A program made the translations under genes and the position numbers. From assembly GCA_900545175.1 (NCBI GenBank), contig UQYF01000005.1, forward strand, positions 29,890 to 93,889: a stretch of 64,000 bases of DNA, read 5' to 3'. Source of the stretch: an uncultured Eubacteriales bacterium. Its GTDB lineage: Bacteria; Bacillota; Clostridia; Lachnospirales; Lachnospiraceae. The notes below the pieces were generated by a model. It was not told where the DNA came from and did no database searches. It was given only the letters and a program-made list of their open reading frames with translations. Positions 1-9,599 of the stretch are shown here, in pieces. How positions within the stretch are numbered: the stretch's first letter is position 1; every line of letters starts with the position of its first letter.

Positions 1-554
1 TCTATTTTCCGCTCGGCGGGAACAGGAATGGGAAATTAAAAACCTACAGAAACGTGTTCATAGTATTTCTGCTCACAGGAATATGGCATGGAGCTAATTT
101 TACATTTCTTGTATGGGGGCTGATGTATGCGTTTTTCCAGATTATTGAACGTCTGTTTCTTGGAAAGCTGTTAGAGAAAAATCCAGTAAAGCCGTTTAAC
201 TGGATATATACAATGTTAATTGTAGTGCTTGGCTGGGTTTTGTTCAGGTCTGACAATATCGTCTATTCGCTGCAATATATAGGTGCAATGTTCGGAAAAT
301 ATAATGGCGGCACAGCAGGTTATGATATTTACCAGTGTCTTGGATTTTTGTCGATGGAGCTTATATTGGCATTCATATTTGCGTTTATAGGAATGGGATT
401 TGCATCGAGGTCGCTTCGAGGCTTGTATGACAGAATCAGAAAAAAAGAGTGGTTTATGGTGCCTGACATGCTGCTCATGCTTGTGCTTCTTGTCATATGT
501 ATCTTAAGAATAATAAGTGGTACATATAATCCGTTTATTTATTTTAAGTTTTGA
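1..554 (+). CDS. MBOAT-family membrane-bound O-acyltransferase (DltB/AlgI-like), C-terminal fragment; the ORF is open to the window start
   Basis: Frame open from nt 3; multi-TM hydrophobic sequence with the WHG motif (GIWHGANF) typical of the MBOAT C-terminus; stop at 554. Confidence 0.55.
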   Translation, partial: YFPLGGNRNGKLKTYRNVFIVFLLTGIWHGANFTFLVWGLMYAFFQIIERLFLGKLLEKNPVKPFNWIYTMLIVVLGWVLFRSDNIVYSLQYIGAMFGKYNGGTAGYDIYQCLGFLSMELILAFIFAFIGMGFASRSLRGLYDRIRKKEWFMVPDMLLMLVLLVICILRIISGTYNPFIYFKF

Positions 555-646
555 TGGAAAGACATGGTTATAATATACAAAAATCTCTTTATCAAAATAA
601 GAATTTGCACAAACTTTACAAAAAAAATATATTTTCTGAAAATGAA

Positions 647-674
647 TTGACTTTTGATTTTGAAGTTGTATAAT
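647..674 (+). promoter_or_regulatory. sigma-A type promoter TTGACT-N16-TATAAT upstream of the amino-acid ABC operon
   Basis: TTGACT at 647-652 and TATAAT at 669-674, read directly. Confidence 0.5.
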
Positions 675-708
675 AAGCCACAACAGAACAAAGTACAACA
701 CATAAACG

Positions 709-745
709 AAGGCGTTTATCCGAAAAGGATAAGCGCCTTTTTCGT
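709..745 (+). terminator. Leader hairpin plus T-run (putative attenuator) between the promoter and the SBP start
   Basis: AAGGCGTTTATCC-gaaaa-GGATAAGCGCCTT followed by TTTTTCG; it lies inside the 5' UTR of the 807 gene. Confidence 0.45.
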
Positions 746-806
746 GTTTACTGTCTGTTTTGCAGGTGTAAAGGAAATATTTATAAGAGAAAAAGGAGGA
801 CTGTGT

Positions 807-1655
807 ATGGGAAAGAATATTTTAAAGAGAGTCGGCTGCATTGCACTTGCAGCGATTTGTGTGATGGGAATGACGGCGTGCAGCAAGAAGGATGCTTCAC
901 AGGCATCGGCAGACGGAGTAAGACATATCGTGGTTGGTACAGGTAACGGAGCAGCCCCGTTCTGTTATCTTGATGAGAATGGCAATTCAGTCGGTTATGA
1001 TATCGATGTGCTAAATGAGTTAGATGCGAGACTTCCACAGTATGAATTTGAGATTCAGGCGATGGACTTTTCAACACTTATTGTTTCTATTGATTCAGGC
1101 TCAATCAATTTTCTTTCTCATCAGCTTGTACAGTCTGATGCAAGGAAGGAGAAATATCTTTTCCCAAGCCAGTATTACTGCTTGTCTCCGATGAGCCTTG
1201 CTGTAAGGAGCGATTCGGGAATAACAAGCATGGCTGATATGGCAGGAAAGACGATGGAGCAGAATCCGAGTGCTTATGAGTATCAGATGCTCATGGCATA
1301 CAATGACGCACATCCGGGTCAGGAGCTTGATGTCATAGCAGTATCGGATCAGTCTACAGCTGATGGCTTTTTGAAGGTTTCAAATGGTCAGGTTGATGCT
1401 TCACTTACATACAAGGCAACCTTCGACAGTGTTATTCCAGAGCTTGGCATAGATAATCTTATGCTCACGGATGTTGTAATGTGTGAGGACACATACCTGA
1501 TGTTTCCTAAGACAGAGCAGCAACTGTGTGATGATATAGATGCAGTTCTAAAGGAAATGGTTGCAGATGGGACGCTTTCAAAGATTTCTGAAAAGTGGTA
1601 CGGCGAAGATGTATTCGGTCTGTACGCAGACATGGTATCAATCACAGCTGAATAA
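807..1655 (+). CDS. Amino-acid ABC transporter substrate-binding lipoprotein
   Basis: AAAGGAGGA RBS before ATG 807; signal peptide with lipobox (LAAICVMGMTAC); periplasmic binding protein family 3-like sequence. Confidence 0.8.
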   Translation: MGKNILKRVGCIALAAICVMGMTACSKKDASQASADGVRHIVVGTGNGAAPFCYLDENGNSVGYDIDVLNELDARLPQYEFEIQAMDFSTLIVSIDSGSINFLSHQLVQSDARKEKYLFPSQYYCLSPMSLAVRSDSGITSMADMAGKTMEQNPSAYEYQMLMAYNDAHPGQELDVIAVSDQSTADGFLKVSNGQVDASLTYKATFDSVIPELGIDNLMLTDVVMCEDTYLMFPKTEQQLCDDIDAVLKEMVADGTLSKISEKWYGEDVFGLYADMVSITAE

Positions 1656-1806
1656 AATATAAAAAACATACAATCCTATAATAATATATGTATTTGACAA
1701 AGGCTGTCATGCAGGGAATCAAATCCCTATATGGCAGTCTTTTAAATTATATGAAGATGTGGATACTTATTTTTGTGTATATCCGGATACGAAAGGAGTG
1801 GTAAAT

Positions 1807-2511
1807 ATGGGACATAGTTATGACTGGGCATCCATTCCAAGCTATATTCCAAAGGTCATGAAGGCATTCCCGCTGACAATACAGATACTTCTTCTGTCAT
1901 TGATTTTTTCTTTGATTATCGGAGCGGTGGTTGCGTTAGGAGCGCTCAGTAAGAATAAGGCTGCAAAGGCGGCAGCTAAGGGATGGATATCATTTATGAG
2001 AGGTATTCCTACACTCGTCCTTATATTTTTACTTTATCTTGGTCTTCCGCAGCTTATGAATGCACTTGGTGTAAATATGAGTGGGATAAGCAAGACAACG
2101 TATATTGTTGCATGTCTCTCACTAAGCACATCGGCAAATATGGCAGAGATGATGAGAGCGGCATACCTTTCGGTAAATAAGGGACAGAAGGAAGCAGCAT
2201 ACAGCGTTGGAATGAAGCCTTTAATGGCTTTTAGAAGAATTATTTTTCCTCAGGCATTAGGAGTTGCTATTCCAACACTTGGGAACAATATAATAATGCT
2301 TTTCAAGGAAACATCACTTGCATTTACAATAGGTGTCATAGATATCCTTGGAAAAGCAAGAGCACTTAGCTCTGCAAGCTATGGAACTAACAGGCTTGAG
2401 ATATACATTGCAACAGGCCTTATATTCTGGGCAGTATGTTTTATATTGGAAAAACTCACCAAGTTTGTAGAGAAGGTATATACAAAGGGCAGAAAACAGG
2501 CGACAAGTTAA
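1807..2511 (+). CDS. Amino-acid ABC transporter permease (His/Glu/Gln/Arg/opine family)
   Basis: Multi-TM protein with an EAA-like loop; RBS GAAAGGAG before ATG 1807 (the ORF is also open from 1759). Confidence 0.75.
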   Translation: MGHSYDWASIPSYIPKVMKAFPLTIQILLLSLIFSLIIGAVVALGALSKNKAAKAAAKGWISFMRGIPTLVLIFLLYLGLPQLMNALGVNMSGISKTTYIVACLSLSTSANMAEMMRAAYLSVNKGQKEAAYSVGMKPLMAFRRIIFPQALGVAIPTLGNNIIMLFKETSLAFTIGVIDILGKARALSSASYGTNRLEIYIATGLIFWAVCFILEKLTKFVEKVYTKGRKQATS

Positions 2512-2535
2512 AAATATGGAAATGAGGAAGAGCGT

Positions 2536-3243
2536 ATGATTATTAATTTCAGATTTATTGCAGAGTCGATACCCAAGCTTTTCGGTGCCATACCGATAAC
2601 TCTGCTTATGGCGTTTGCTTCGGCGGTTATAGGCTGGCTGCTTGGGCTTGGAATTGCGCTTATAAGAAAAAATAAGGTTCCGGTGCTTTCACAGATATTT
2701 GCAGTGTATGTCTCGTTCCTTAGAGGTGTACCTATGATCATACTTTTGTACATATCCTACTATGCACTTCCTAATGTTATTTACAGCTATGGTGTAAGCA
2801 TTGGCAGGGAGATAAATGTGGATTCGGTACCTGCAGTTGCTTATGCTATCATAGCACTGGTGCTTGAGCAGTCGGCATATGCATCGGAGATATTCCGCTC
2901 ATCGCTTGCAGCAGTTGATGAAGGGCAGATGGAAGCAGCATACAGTGTAGGAATGACAAAGACGCAGGCACTTGCAAGAATTGTTCTTCCACAGGCTATG
3001 GCTATAGCACTTCCGAATTTAAGCGGTCTGTTCTTAGGACTTGTAAAGGGAACATCGCTTGCATATTACGTCGGTGTATATGAAATCACAGCCACTGCAA
3101 ATCTTCTTGCCATGCCGGCACTCAACTTTATTGAAGCTTATATAATGACAACTATTATTTATGAAGTTATAAGCTTTATCTTCAATAAAATATTCAGGGT
3201 TGTAGAAAATAATCTTAAAAGGTTCAGGGCGGTGGCAGCATAG
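2536..3243 (+). CDS. Amino-acid ABC transporter permease, second subunit
   Basis: Paralogous to the previous permease (QMEAAYSVGM motif repeated in both). Confidence 0.8.
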   Translation: MIINFRFIAESIPKLFGAIPITLLMAFASAVIGWLLGLGIALIRKNKVPVLSQIFAVYVSFLRGVPMIILLYISYYALPNVIYSYGVSIGREINVDSVPAVAYAIIALVLEQSAYASEIFRSSLAAVDEGQMEAAYSVGMTKTQALARIVLPQAMAIALPNLSGLFLGLVKGTSLAYYVGVYEITATANLLAMPALNFIEAYIMTTIIYEVISFIFNKIFRVVENNLKRFRAVAA

Positions 3244-3344
3244 CAGGGAAGACGGCACATAACTCAATATTAAAAAGCGATTTATCAAAAATATTAAATT
3301 TTAATAAGCTTGTTTAACTAAATAAATAGAAGGAGGGCTGTATT

Positions 3345-4100
3345 ATGGCAGAAATGGTTGAACTTAAAAATATACATAAATCATTCGGCAGCAACCACAT
3401 TCTAAAAGGTGTGAATATGAGTATCGGAAAAGGAGAGGTCGTGGTAATACTTGGTCCGTCCGGCTCAGGAAAGACAACATTACTCAGGACAATCAATTTT
3501 CTTGATGCGGCTGATGAAGGAATAATATCGGTCAGCGGATTTGAGGTAGATGCTAAGAAACATTCTAAATCACAGGTTATAGAGCTTAGAAGAAAGACTG
3601 CCATGGTTTTTCAGAACTATAACCTTTTTGCCAATAAGACGATACTTGAAAATGTCATGGAAGGACTTGTTACGGTAAAGAAATTCAAAAAATCAGATGC
3701 CAAGGAGATGAGCCTTGAGATATTGAAGAAGGTAGGGCTTGAACAGAGATGTGATTTCTATCCGGCACAGCTTTCAGGAGGACAGCAGCAGAGAGCCGGA
3801 ATTGCGAGAGCACTTATATTAGACCCGGATGTTATTCTCTTTGATGAACCGACATCGGCACTTGACCCGGAGCTTGTAGGTGAAGTTTTAAATACCATCA
3901 AGGCTGTTGCGCAGACAGGTATCACAATGATTGTTGTAACACATGAGATTGCGTTTGCGAGAGAAGTAGCATCGAGAGTTGTATTTATGGAAGGCGGAGT
4001 TGTTGTCGAAGAGGGAAAGCCGGAAGAAATTCTTGTGGCACCAAAGCATTCGTCTACACAGAGATTCTTAAAGAGAATAACAAATCCGAATGCGGAATAA
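3345..4100 (+). CDS. Amino-acid ABC transporter ATP-binding protein
   Basis: Walker A GPSGSGKTT, signature LSGGQQQR, Walker B ILFDEPTSALD. Confidence 0.9.
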   Translation: MAEMVELKNIHKSFGSNHILKGVNMSIGKGEVVVILGPSGSGKTTLLRTINFLDAADEGIISVSGFEVDAKKHSKSQVIELRRKTAMVFQNYNLFANKTILENVMEGLVTVKKFKKSDAKEMSLEILKKVGLEQRCDFYPAQLSGGQQQRAGIARALILDPDVILFDEPTSALDPELVGEVLNTIKAVAQTGITMIVVTHEIAFAREVASRVVFMEGGVVVEEGKPEEILVAPKHSSTQRFLKRITNPNAE

Positions 4101-4121
4101 ATGGGAAGAGAGGTGGATAAT

Positions 4122-5843
4122 ATGTCAGGATTATCAGCGATTAATACAGTATGGGTGTTAATAGGTGCGGCACTGGTTTTCTTCATGCAGGCGGGCTTTG
4201 CAATGGTTGAGGCAGGCTTTACAAGAGCTAAAAATTCAGGAAATATCATTATGAAAAATCTTCTTGATTTAGCCATAGGAACAGTAATCTACTGGTTTGT
4301 CGGATTTGGGATAATGTTTGGAAGCGGAACTGTTATAGGAACAATCGATTTTTTCATAACAGGAAATTATGACAATATTCTTCCGGATGGTGTGTCAATA
4401 TGGACATATGTTATTTTTCAGACAGTATTCTGTGCGACAAGTGCAACAATAGTGTCGGGAGCGATGGCAGAGAGAACTAAGTTTTCTGCATATTGTATCT
4501 ACAGTGCGGTTATTTCACTTATTATTTATCCTGTGTCAGGTCACTGGATATGGGGCGGCGGCTGGCTGGCACAGCTTGGATTCCATGATTTTGCAGGTTC
4601 GACTGCGGTACATATGGTAGGCGGTGTTGCAGCTTTGGTAGGCGCTAAGATGCTTGGAGCGCGCATCGGAAAGTATGACAAGGATGGAAATTCAAGGGCG
4701 ATACCCGGACACAATATAGTTATAGGTGCACTCGGAGTGTTCATTTTATGGTTCTGCTGGTTCGGCTTTAACGGCTGTTCTACTGTGAATATGGAGGGTG
4801 ATAACATTGCTCTTGCCGGAAGGATATTTATGAATACCAACTTAAGCGCAGCGGTTGCAAGTGTCACAACAATGATTTTTACATGGATAAGGTACAGAAA
4901 GCCTGATGTATCTATGACACTTAACGGAGCTTTGGCAGGGCTTGTCGGAATAACAGCCGGCTGCGATATGGTAAGTCCGGCAGGTGCCGCATTTATAGGT
5001 CTTGTATGCGGGATTGTGATTGTGCTTGCGGTAGAATTCATAGACAGAAAATGTAAAATTGATGACCCGGTAGGTGCAATCAGTGTACACGGTGTATGTG
5101 GTATGCTTGGCACTGTCATGACAGGTCTTTTGTCAGAGTCGGAAGGACTGTTTTACGGAAAAGGATTTGGATTTTTCGCAGTTCAGGTTCTCGGTGTGGC
5201 GGCAGTTATTTTGTGGGTTGTGATTACTTCATTTATATTGTTTAAAATTATCGACAAGACGGTCGGACTGCGCGTTTCAAAGCGTGAGGAGATTGAAGGA
5301 CTTGATACTAATGAACATGGACTTTCAAATGCCTACGCTGACTTCCTTCCGAATGTTCAGGTTGATTCACTCGCAGGTGATTTTGCACAGGTCAGTGGAC
5401 TTGAGAAGCCTACAGATGTCCCTGTTGATGTTGCGATTCCGATTGCAGCTGCTTCGGATTACAGTGAGGCTGATAAGAAGGGAATTCTTACAAGAATAGA
5501 TATCATATTAAAACAGTCAAAATTTGAAGAACTAAAGGATGCGATGAACGATATCGGTGTAACAGGCATGACTGTCACACAGGTGCTTGGCTGTGGTATA
5601 CAAAAGGGTGCTACAGAGTATTACAGAGGCGTTCCTGTGGACATTCAGCTTCTACCGAAAGTGAAGGTTGAGATAATAGTTGCAAAGGTTCCTGTTGAGC
5701 AGGTTGTATCAACTGCAAGAAAGGTTCTCTACACAGGACATATCGGAGATGGCAAGATATTTATCTATGATGTGAGGGATTGTGTGAGAGTGAGAACGGG
5801 CGAAACAGGATATGACGCTATGCAGGGAATAAATGAAGCGTGA
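4122..5843 (+). CDS. amt: Ammonium transporter (Amt/MEP family) with a C-terminal fused P-II (GlnB/GlnK-like) nitrogen regulatory domain
   Basis: N-terminal ~400 aa is a multi-TM Amt; C-terminal ~110 aa matches P-II (GMTVTQVLGCGIQKG...RGVPVDIQLLPKVKVEIIV...GDGKIFIYDV...RVRTGE). Confidence 0.85.
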   Translation: MSGLSAINTVWVLIGAALVFFMQAGFAMVEAGFTRAKNSGNIIMKNLLDLAIGTVIYWFVGFGIMFGSGTVIGTIDFFITGNYDNILPDGVSIWTYVIFQTVFCATSATIVSGAMAERTKFSAYCIYSAVISLIIYPVSGHWIWGGGWLAQLGFHDFAGSTAVHMVGGVAALVGAKMLGARIGKYDKDGNSRAIPGHNIVIGALGVFILWFCWFGFNGCSTVNMEGDNIALAGRIFMNTNLSAAVASVTTMIFTWIRYRKPDVSMTLNGALAGLVGITAGCDMVSPAGAAFIGLVCGIVIVLAVEFIDRKCKIDDPVGAISVHGVCGMLGTVMTGLLSESEGLFYGKGFGFFAVQVLGVAAVILWVVITSFILFKIIDKTVGLRVSKREEIEGLDTNEHGLSNAYADFLPNVQVDSLAGDFAQVSGLEKPTDVPVDVAIPIAAASDYSEADKKGILTRIDIILKQSKFEELKDAMNDIGVTGMTVTQVLGCGIQKGATEYYRGVPVDIQLLPKVKVEIIVAKVPVEQVVSTARKVLYTGHIGDGKIFIYDVRDCVRVRTGETGYDAMQGINEA

Positions 5844-5887
5844 TTGTGCGTTCATAAAGACAACTGATATAAGGAGGAGCAGGCATT

Positions 5888-6898
5888 ATGAAGGTTGTTG
5901 TATGTCAGGGAGAGACAACCGGCTATCCGTCAAGGGATGAGCTGGTTGCTCTCTGGAAGGAAGAGATAGGTAAGATACCTGAGGTTGATGAGCTTGTAGT
6001 AAGAGAAAATTTTGATTATGAAAAAGTTGATGAGATTGCGGACGATGCAGATGCACTCATCGGTGTATGGATAAAGGATGGATTTTATACGGATGAATTT
6101 TTTGACAGGCATAAAAAGCTTAAATATATCGCAACAACAGCTCATGGCTTTGGAAAGATTGATGCGGAGTGTGCAAAAAGACATGGAGTCACTTTTACTA
6201 ATACTATATATGGAAACGTAACCATAGCACAGTATGCGATGGCACTTCTTATGAATATATGCCACAGGATTGACGCATTAAACGACATGTACCGGGAGGC
6301 ATGTGATGAACATAAGAATGTGATGATGGGAAGGAATCTTCCAAGACAGATAAGACAGATTGAGCTGTATGAAAAGACAATAGGAATTGTAGGCTTAGGA
6401 GCTATCGGACTTTGTATGGCCCGGATGGCAGCAGGCTTTGGAATGAAGGTTATAGCATATAACCACCACAAAAAGACAGGTTCGGAATATGATTTTGTCG
6501 AGCAGGTTTCCCTTGACGAGCTGTTAAGAAGGTCGGATGTCATATCTATACATTGCCCATCAACGGATGAGACAAGAGGAATGATTGACAAGAATGTGAT
6601 TAATAAGATGAAGGACGGAGTAATCCTTATCAACACTGCAAGAGGTGATATCATAGTTGAGGATGACTTGGTGGATGCGCTGAATTCAGGAAAAGTATAT
6701 GCGGCAGGACTTGATGTTGTATGTAACGAGCCGGTTGTACAGAGAATACCGCTTATGGACTGTCCGAATGCAATCATTACACCTCATATGGCGTGGGCTC
6801 CGGCTGAGGCAAGATACAGGACAGTTAGGATAGCATCAGATAATCTAAAAAACTGGATTGAGGGTCATCCGACAAGTGTTATTAACGGAAAGGGCTGA
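5888..6898 (+). CDS. D-isomer-specific 2-hydroxyacid dehydrogenase (NAD-binding)
   Basis: RBS AAGGAGGAG; Rossmann GxGxxG motif (GIVGLGAIGLCMA); catalytic-domain similarity to the glycerate/phosphoglycerate dehydrogenase family. Confidence 0.8.
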   Translation: MKVVVCQGETTGYPSRDELVALWKEEIGKIPEVDELVVRENFDYEKVDEIADDADALIGVWIKDGFYTDEFFDRHKKLKYIATTAHGFGKIDAECAKRHGVTFTNTIYGNVTIAQYAMALLMNICHRIDALNDMYREACDEHKNVMMGRNLPRQIRQIELYEKTIGIVGLGAIGLCMARMAAGFGMKVIAYNHHKKTGSEYDFVEQVSLDELLRRSDVISIHCPSTDETRGMIDKNVINKMKDGVILINTARGDIIVEDDLVDALNSGKVYAAGLDVVCNEPVVQRIPLMDCPNAIITPHMAWAPAEARYRTVRIASDNLKNWIEGHPTSVINGKG

Positions 6899-6902
6899 TT
6901 AA

Positions 6903-8351
6903 ATGGCGGTAAATGAGAGAACTCTGAAGATGGGAAGTGCACCGATATTTCCACTGCTTGTCTCAATGGCTGTACCGGGACTTTTAGGAACACTGACTAC
7001 ATATCTGTACCGTACTGTCGACCAGATATTTGTCGGAAATTTTGTAGGGCGCACTGCACTAGGCGGCATATCGGTGCTTTCACCGTTTAACAATGTTATA
7101 ATTGCACTCTCACTTTTTATCACTGTCGGCGGAACCTCGCTTTTAGCACTTACAATGGGGCGGAAGGATTATGATGAGGCAAACAAGCTGTTTGCCAATA
7201 TAGTGATTCAAGCGATTGCAATGGCACTTATAGTCTCGGTACTTTTCTTTGTATTTGCCAGGCTTTTTGTCGGCGTGTGTGGAGCAAAGAAAGGCACACA
7301 GACTTATGAGTACGCTGTGCTATACTTAAAGATTGTCACATGCGGGCAGGTCTTTAACATGTTAAATCAAGGACTTGCAGCGATAATAAGGACTGAGGGC
7401 GCAGCAAAATATTCGATGTTTGCAAATATTGTAGGTGCTTTTTTTAATATAGTACTCGATGCACTTCTCATAATTGTATTTAAAATGGGAGTTGCAGGTG
7501 CTGCGATAGCAACGATAGTGAGCCAGCTTATGGGAGCAGCGTTCAGTGCAGCATTTTTTTTAACAGGAAAAAGTTCATTAAGATGGGCAGGCTTTGCGGT
7601 GGTTGATGTAAGGCAGATGTTATATATAGCTAAAATGGGTATTGCGCCTTCAATATTTCAGATGTTGTCATTGTTTACCAATATTCTTTTAAATAAATCA
7701 CTTCAGTACTATGGAGATTTAGATCCGGTATATTCATTGATTGGCGGCGGAGAGCTGTGCATATCGGCAGTTGCCATAGTTAACACGGTTGATAGTTTTA
7801 TTGTTTCAATGACATCGGGAATCAATCAGGCTGTATCACCTTTGATAAGTTATAATTATGGTGCTAAGAATTATTCCAGAGTAAGAAAAGCTTCGCTTTG
7901 TTCACAGGCTATGGCAGGAGTGTTTGCGATAGTGATATGGTCGGCTATGATGCTTGCACCTGAATTTGTGTGCAGCCTGTTCGGAAAAGGCGATGAGGCA
8001 CTGATAAGTTATGGTGCGATGGCAATGAGAGCCTGCAAGATGTTCGCACTTTTCGGAGGCTTCCAGATGCTTGTGAGCATGTATTTCAGTTCAATAGGAA
8101 AGCCGCAGGTTGCGACATTTGTATCAATATCAAGGCATGGACTTTTTCTTATTCCGGCGATGCTTATAATACCGCAGTTTATGGGACTTAAAGGTGTCCT
8201 TTATGCTAATTCGGTCTCCGATGGCTGTTCACTTATAGTAGTGTCACTTATGTATTTACATGAGATGAGAAGATTATCTAAGCTTAAGGATGGAGAAGAG
8301 ATACCTTCAAAAAGGTTGATCAATATATCTAAAAAGAGTCTTACAGAATAG
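6903..8351 (+). CDS. MATE-family efflux transporter
   Basis: 12-TM, ~480 aa, internally duplicated architecture typical of MATE proteins. Confidence 0.75.
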   Translation: MAVNERTLKMGSAPIFPLLVSMAVPGLLGTLTTYLYRTVDQIFVGNFVGRTALGGISVLSPFNNVIIALSLFITVGGTSLLALTMGRKDYDEANKLFANIVIQAIAMALIVSVLFFVFARLFVGVCGAKKGTQTYEYAVLYLKIVTCGQVFNMLNQGLAAIIRTEGAAKYSMFANIVGAFFNIVLDALLIIVFKMGVAGAAIATIVSQLMGAAFSAAFFLTGKSSLRWAGFAVVDVRQMLYIAKMGIAPSIFQMLSLFTNILLNKSLQYYGDLDPVYSLIGGGELCISAVAIVNTVDSFIVSMTSGINQAVSPLISYNYGAKNYSRVRKASLCSQAMAGVFAIVIWSAMMLAPEFVCSLFGKGDEALISYGAMAMRACKMFALFGGFQMLVSMYFSSIGKPQVATFVSISRHGLFLIPAMLIIPQFMGLKGVLYANSVSDGCSLIVVSLMYLHEMRRLSKLKDGEEIPSKRLINISKKSLTE

Positions 8352-8363
8352 GGAGGATTAATT

Positions 8364-9446
8364 ATGAACATTGAAAAATTAATGAGCGAAAATGCTGCAA
8401 AGAAGCCGGCAAGCAGGAGAGCAAGCAATGTAACGGCAAATGTAGATTTTTCAAAGCTTATCAGGATGGGATTTAATGAGCATCCTTACGGAATGTCACC
8501 GAAGGCTCTTGAGATTATGAAGGCTGAGACTGAAAAATCCAACTTTTACGGAGATTTCGGAAAGGGTGCGCTAAAGAAGGCAATAGCGGATTTTTACGGT
8601 CTTGATTTTGCAAATGTAGCTGCCTCAGCCGGTTCAAGCCCGCTTATCGAGACGATAGGCTGTGCATTTTTAAATCCTGGTGATGAAGTCTTAATGTGCC
8701 CTACATTTGCGGCATTTATAGATATGGCGCAGATAAGGCAGGCTGTTCCTGTTGTCGTTCCGTTAAATGAAGACAAGACTTATGACCTTGACGGACTTTA
8801 CAATGCGATAACAAAGAAAACAAAAATAATAGTTGTATGTAATCCGAACAATCCTACAGGTACATATGTGGGAAGAAAGCAGGTAGTCGATTTTATCAAA
8901 AAGGTTCCTGATGACATTATTGTGCTGATGGACGAGGCGTATCTTGAGTTTGCAACCGCTAAGGACTGCCAGAGCATGTACCCTCTTATAAAAGAGATGC
9001 CTGATAAGCCTATTATTGTTCTTAAGACATTTTCAAAATATTATGGTATGGCAGGTGTGCGTGTCGGGTATGCACTTGCTGCACCGGAGCTTATAGCTGC
9101 CATCGAAAAGTGTCCGAGTGCGATGATAAGCAAGGCAGGGCAGGCAGGAGCGGTTGCAGCACTTGAGGATCAGGAATATTATCAGGAGGTTAAGAAAAAA
9201 ATCGTTGAAGGAATGACATATCTAGAGACGCAGATGGCAGAGCTAGGATGTAAGGTATATCATTCACAGACTAACTTTATATTATTTGACCCTCATATTG
9301 ACGCACAGCTTGTGCGTTCTAAGATGATGGAGGCCGGAATAATGATATCTGCACCAGGGCTGTGCAGAGTATCTGTCAGCACAATGGATAACAACAGATT
9401 ATTTATAAAGACCCTGAAAGAAATTATGGGAAAGCAGCCTGATTGA
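8364..9446 (+). CDS. Class I/II pyridoxal-phosphate aminotransferase (histidinol-phosphate aminotransferase-like)
   Basis: Length and motifs (NPNNPTG, KTFSKYYGMAGVRVGY with the PLP lysine) typical of the HisC family. Confidence 0.75.
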   Translation: MNIEKLMSENAAKKPASRRASNVTANVDFSKLIRMGFNEHPYGMSPKALEIMKAETEKSNFYGDFGKGALKKAIADFYGLDFANVAASAGSSPLIETIGCAFLNPGDEVLMCPTFAAFIDMAQIRQAVPVVVPLNEDKTYDLDGLYNAITKKTKIIVVCNPNNPTGTYVGRKQVVDFIKKVPDDIIVLMDEAYLEFATAKDCQSMYPLIKEMPDKPIIVLKTFSKYYGMAGVRVGYALAAPELIAAIEKCPSAMISKAGQAGAVAALEDQEYYQEVKKKIVEGMTYLETQMAELGCKVYHSQTNFILFDPHIDAQLVRSKMMEAGIMISAPGLCRVSVSTMDNNRLFIKTLKEIMGKQPD

Positions 9447-9599
9447 AAATGCTGTGCAGGACTTAAAAATTCAGCTTGACAATTCATATGCGTTTAATTA
9501 TTATTAGTTCATAAAATAAGAGATGCGAAGCATCAATTTTTTATGAGCATGAAGCGAAAGCGGATTGCAGATATCATTGACTATATGAAAAAGCTATGA

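Noticed and set aside
4541-5119. 192-aa minus-strand ORF, plus similar antisense ORFs at 6142-6777, 11866-12390, 14163-14621, 15045-15461 and 31488-31994
   Set aside because: Each is fully embedded antisense to a well-supported + strand gene (amt, dehydrogenase, DUF4097, ABC exporter, flippase). None has an RBS and all have low-complexity composition.
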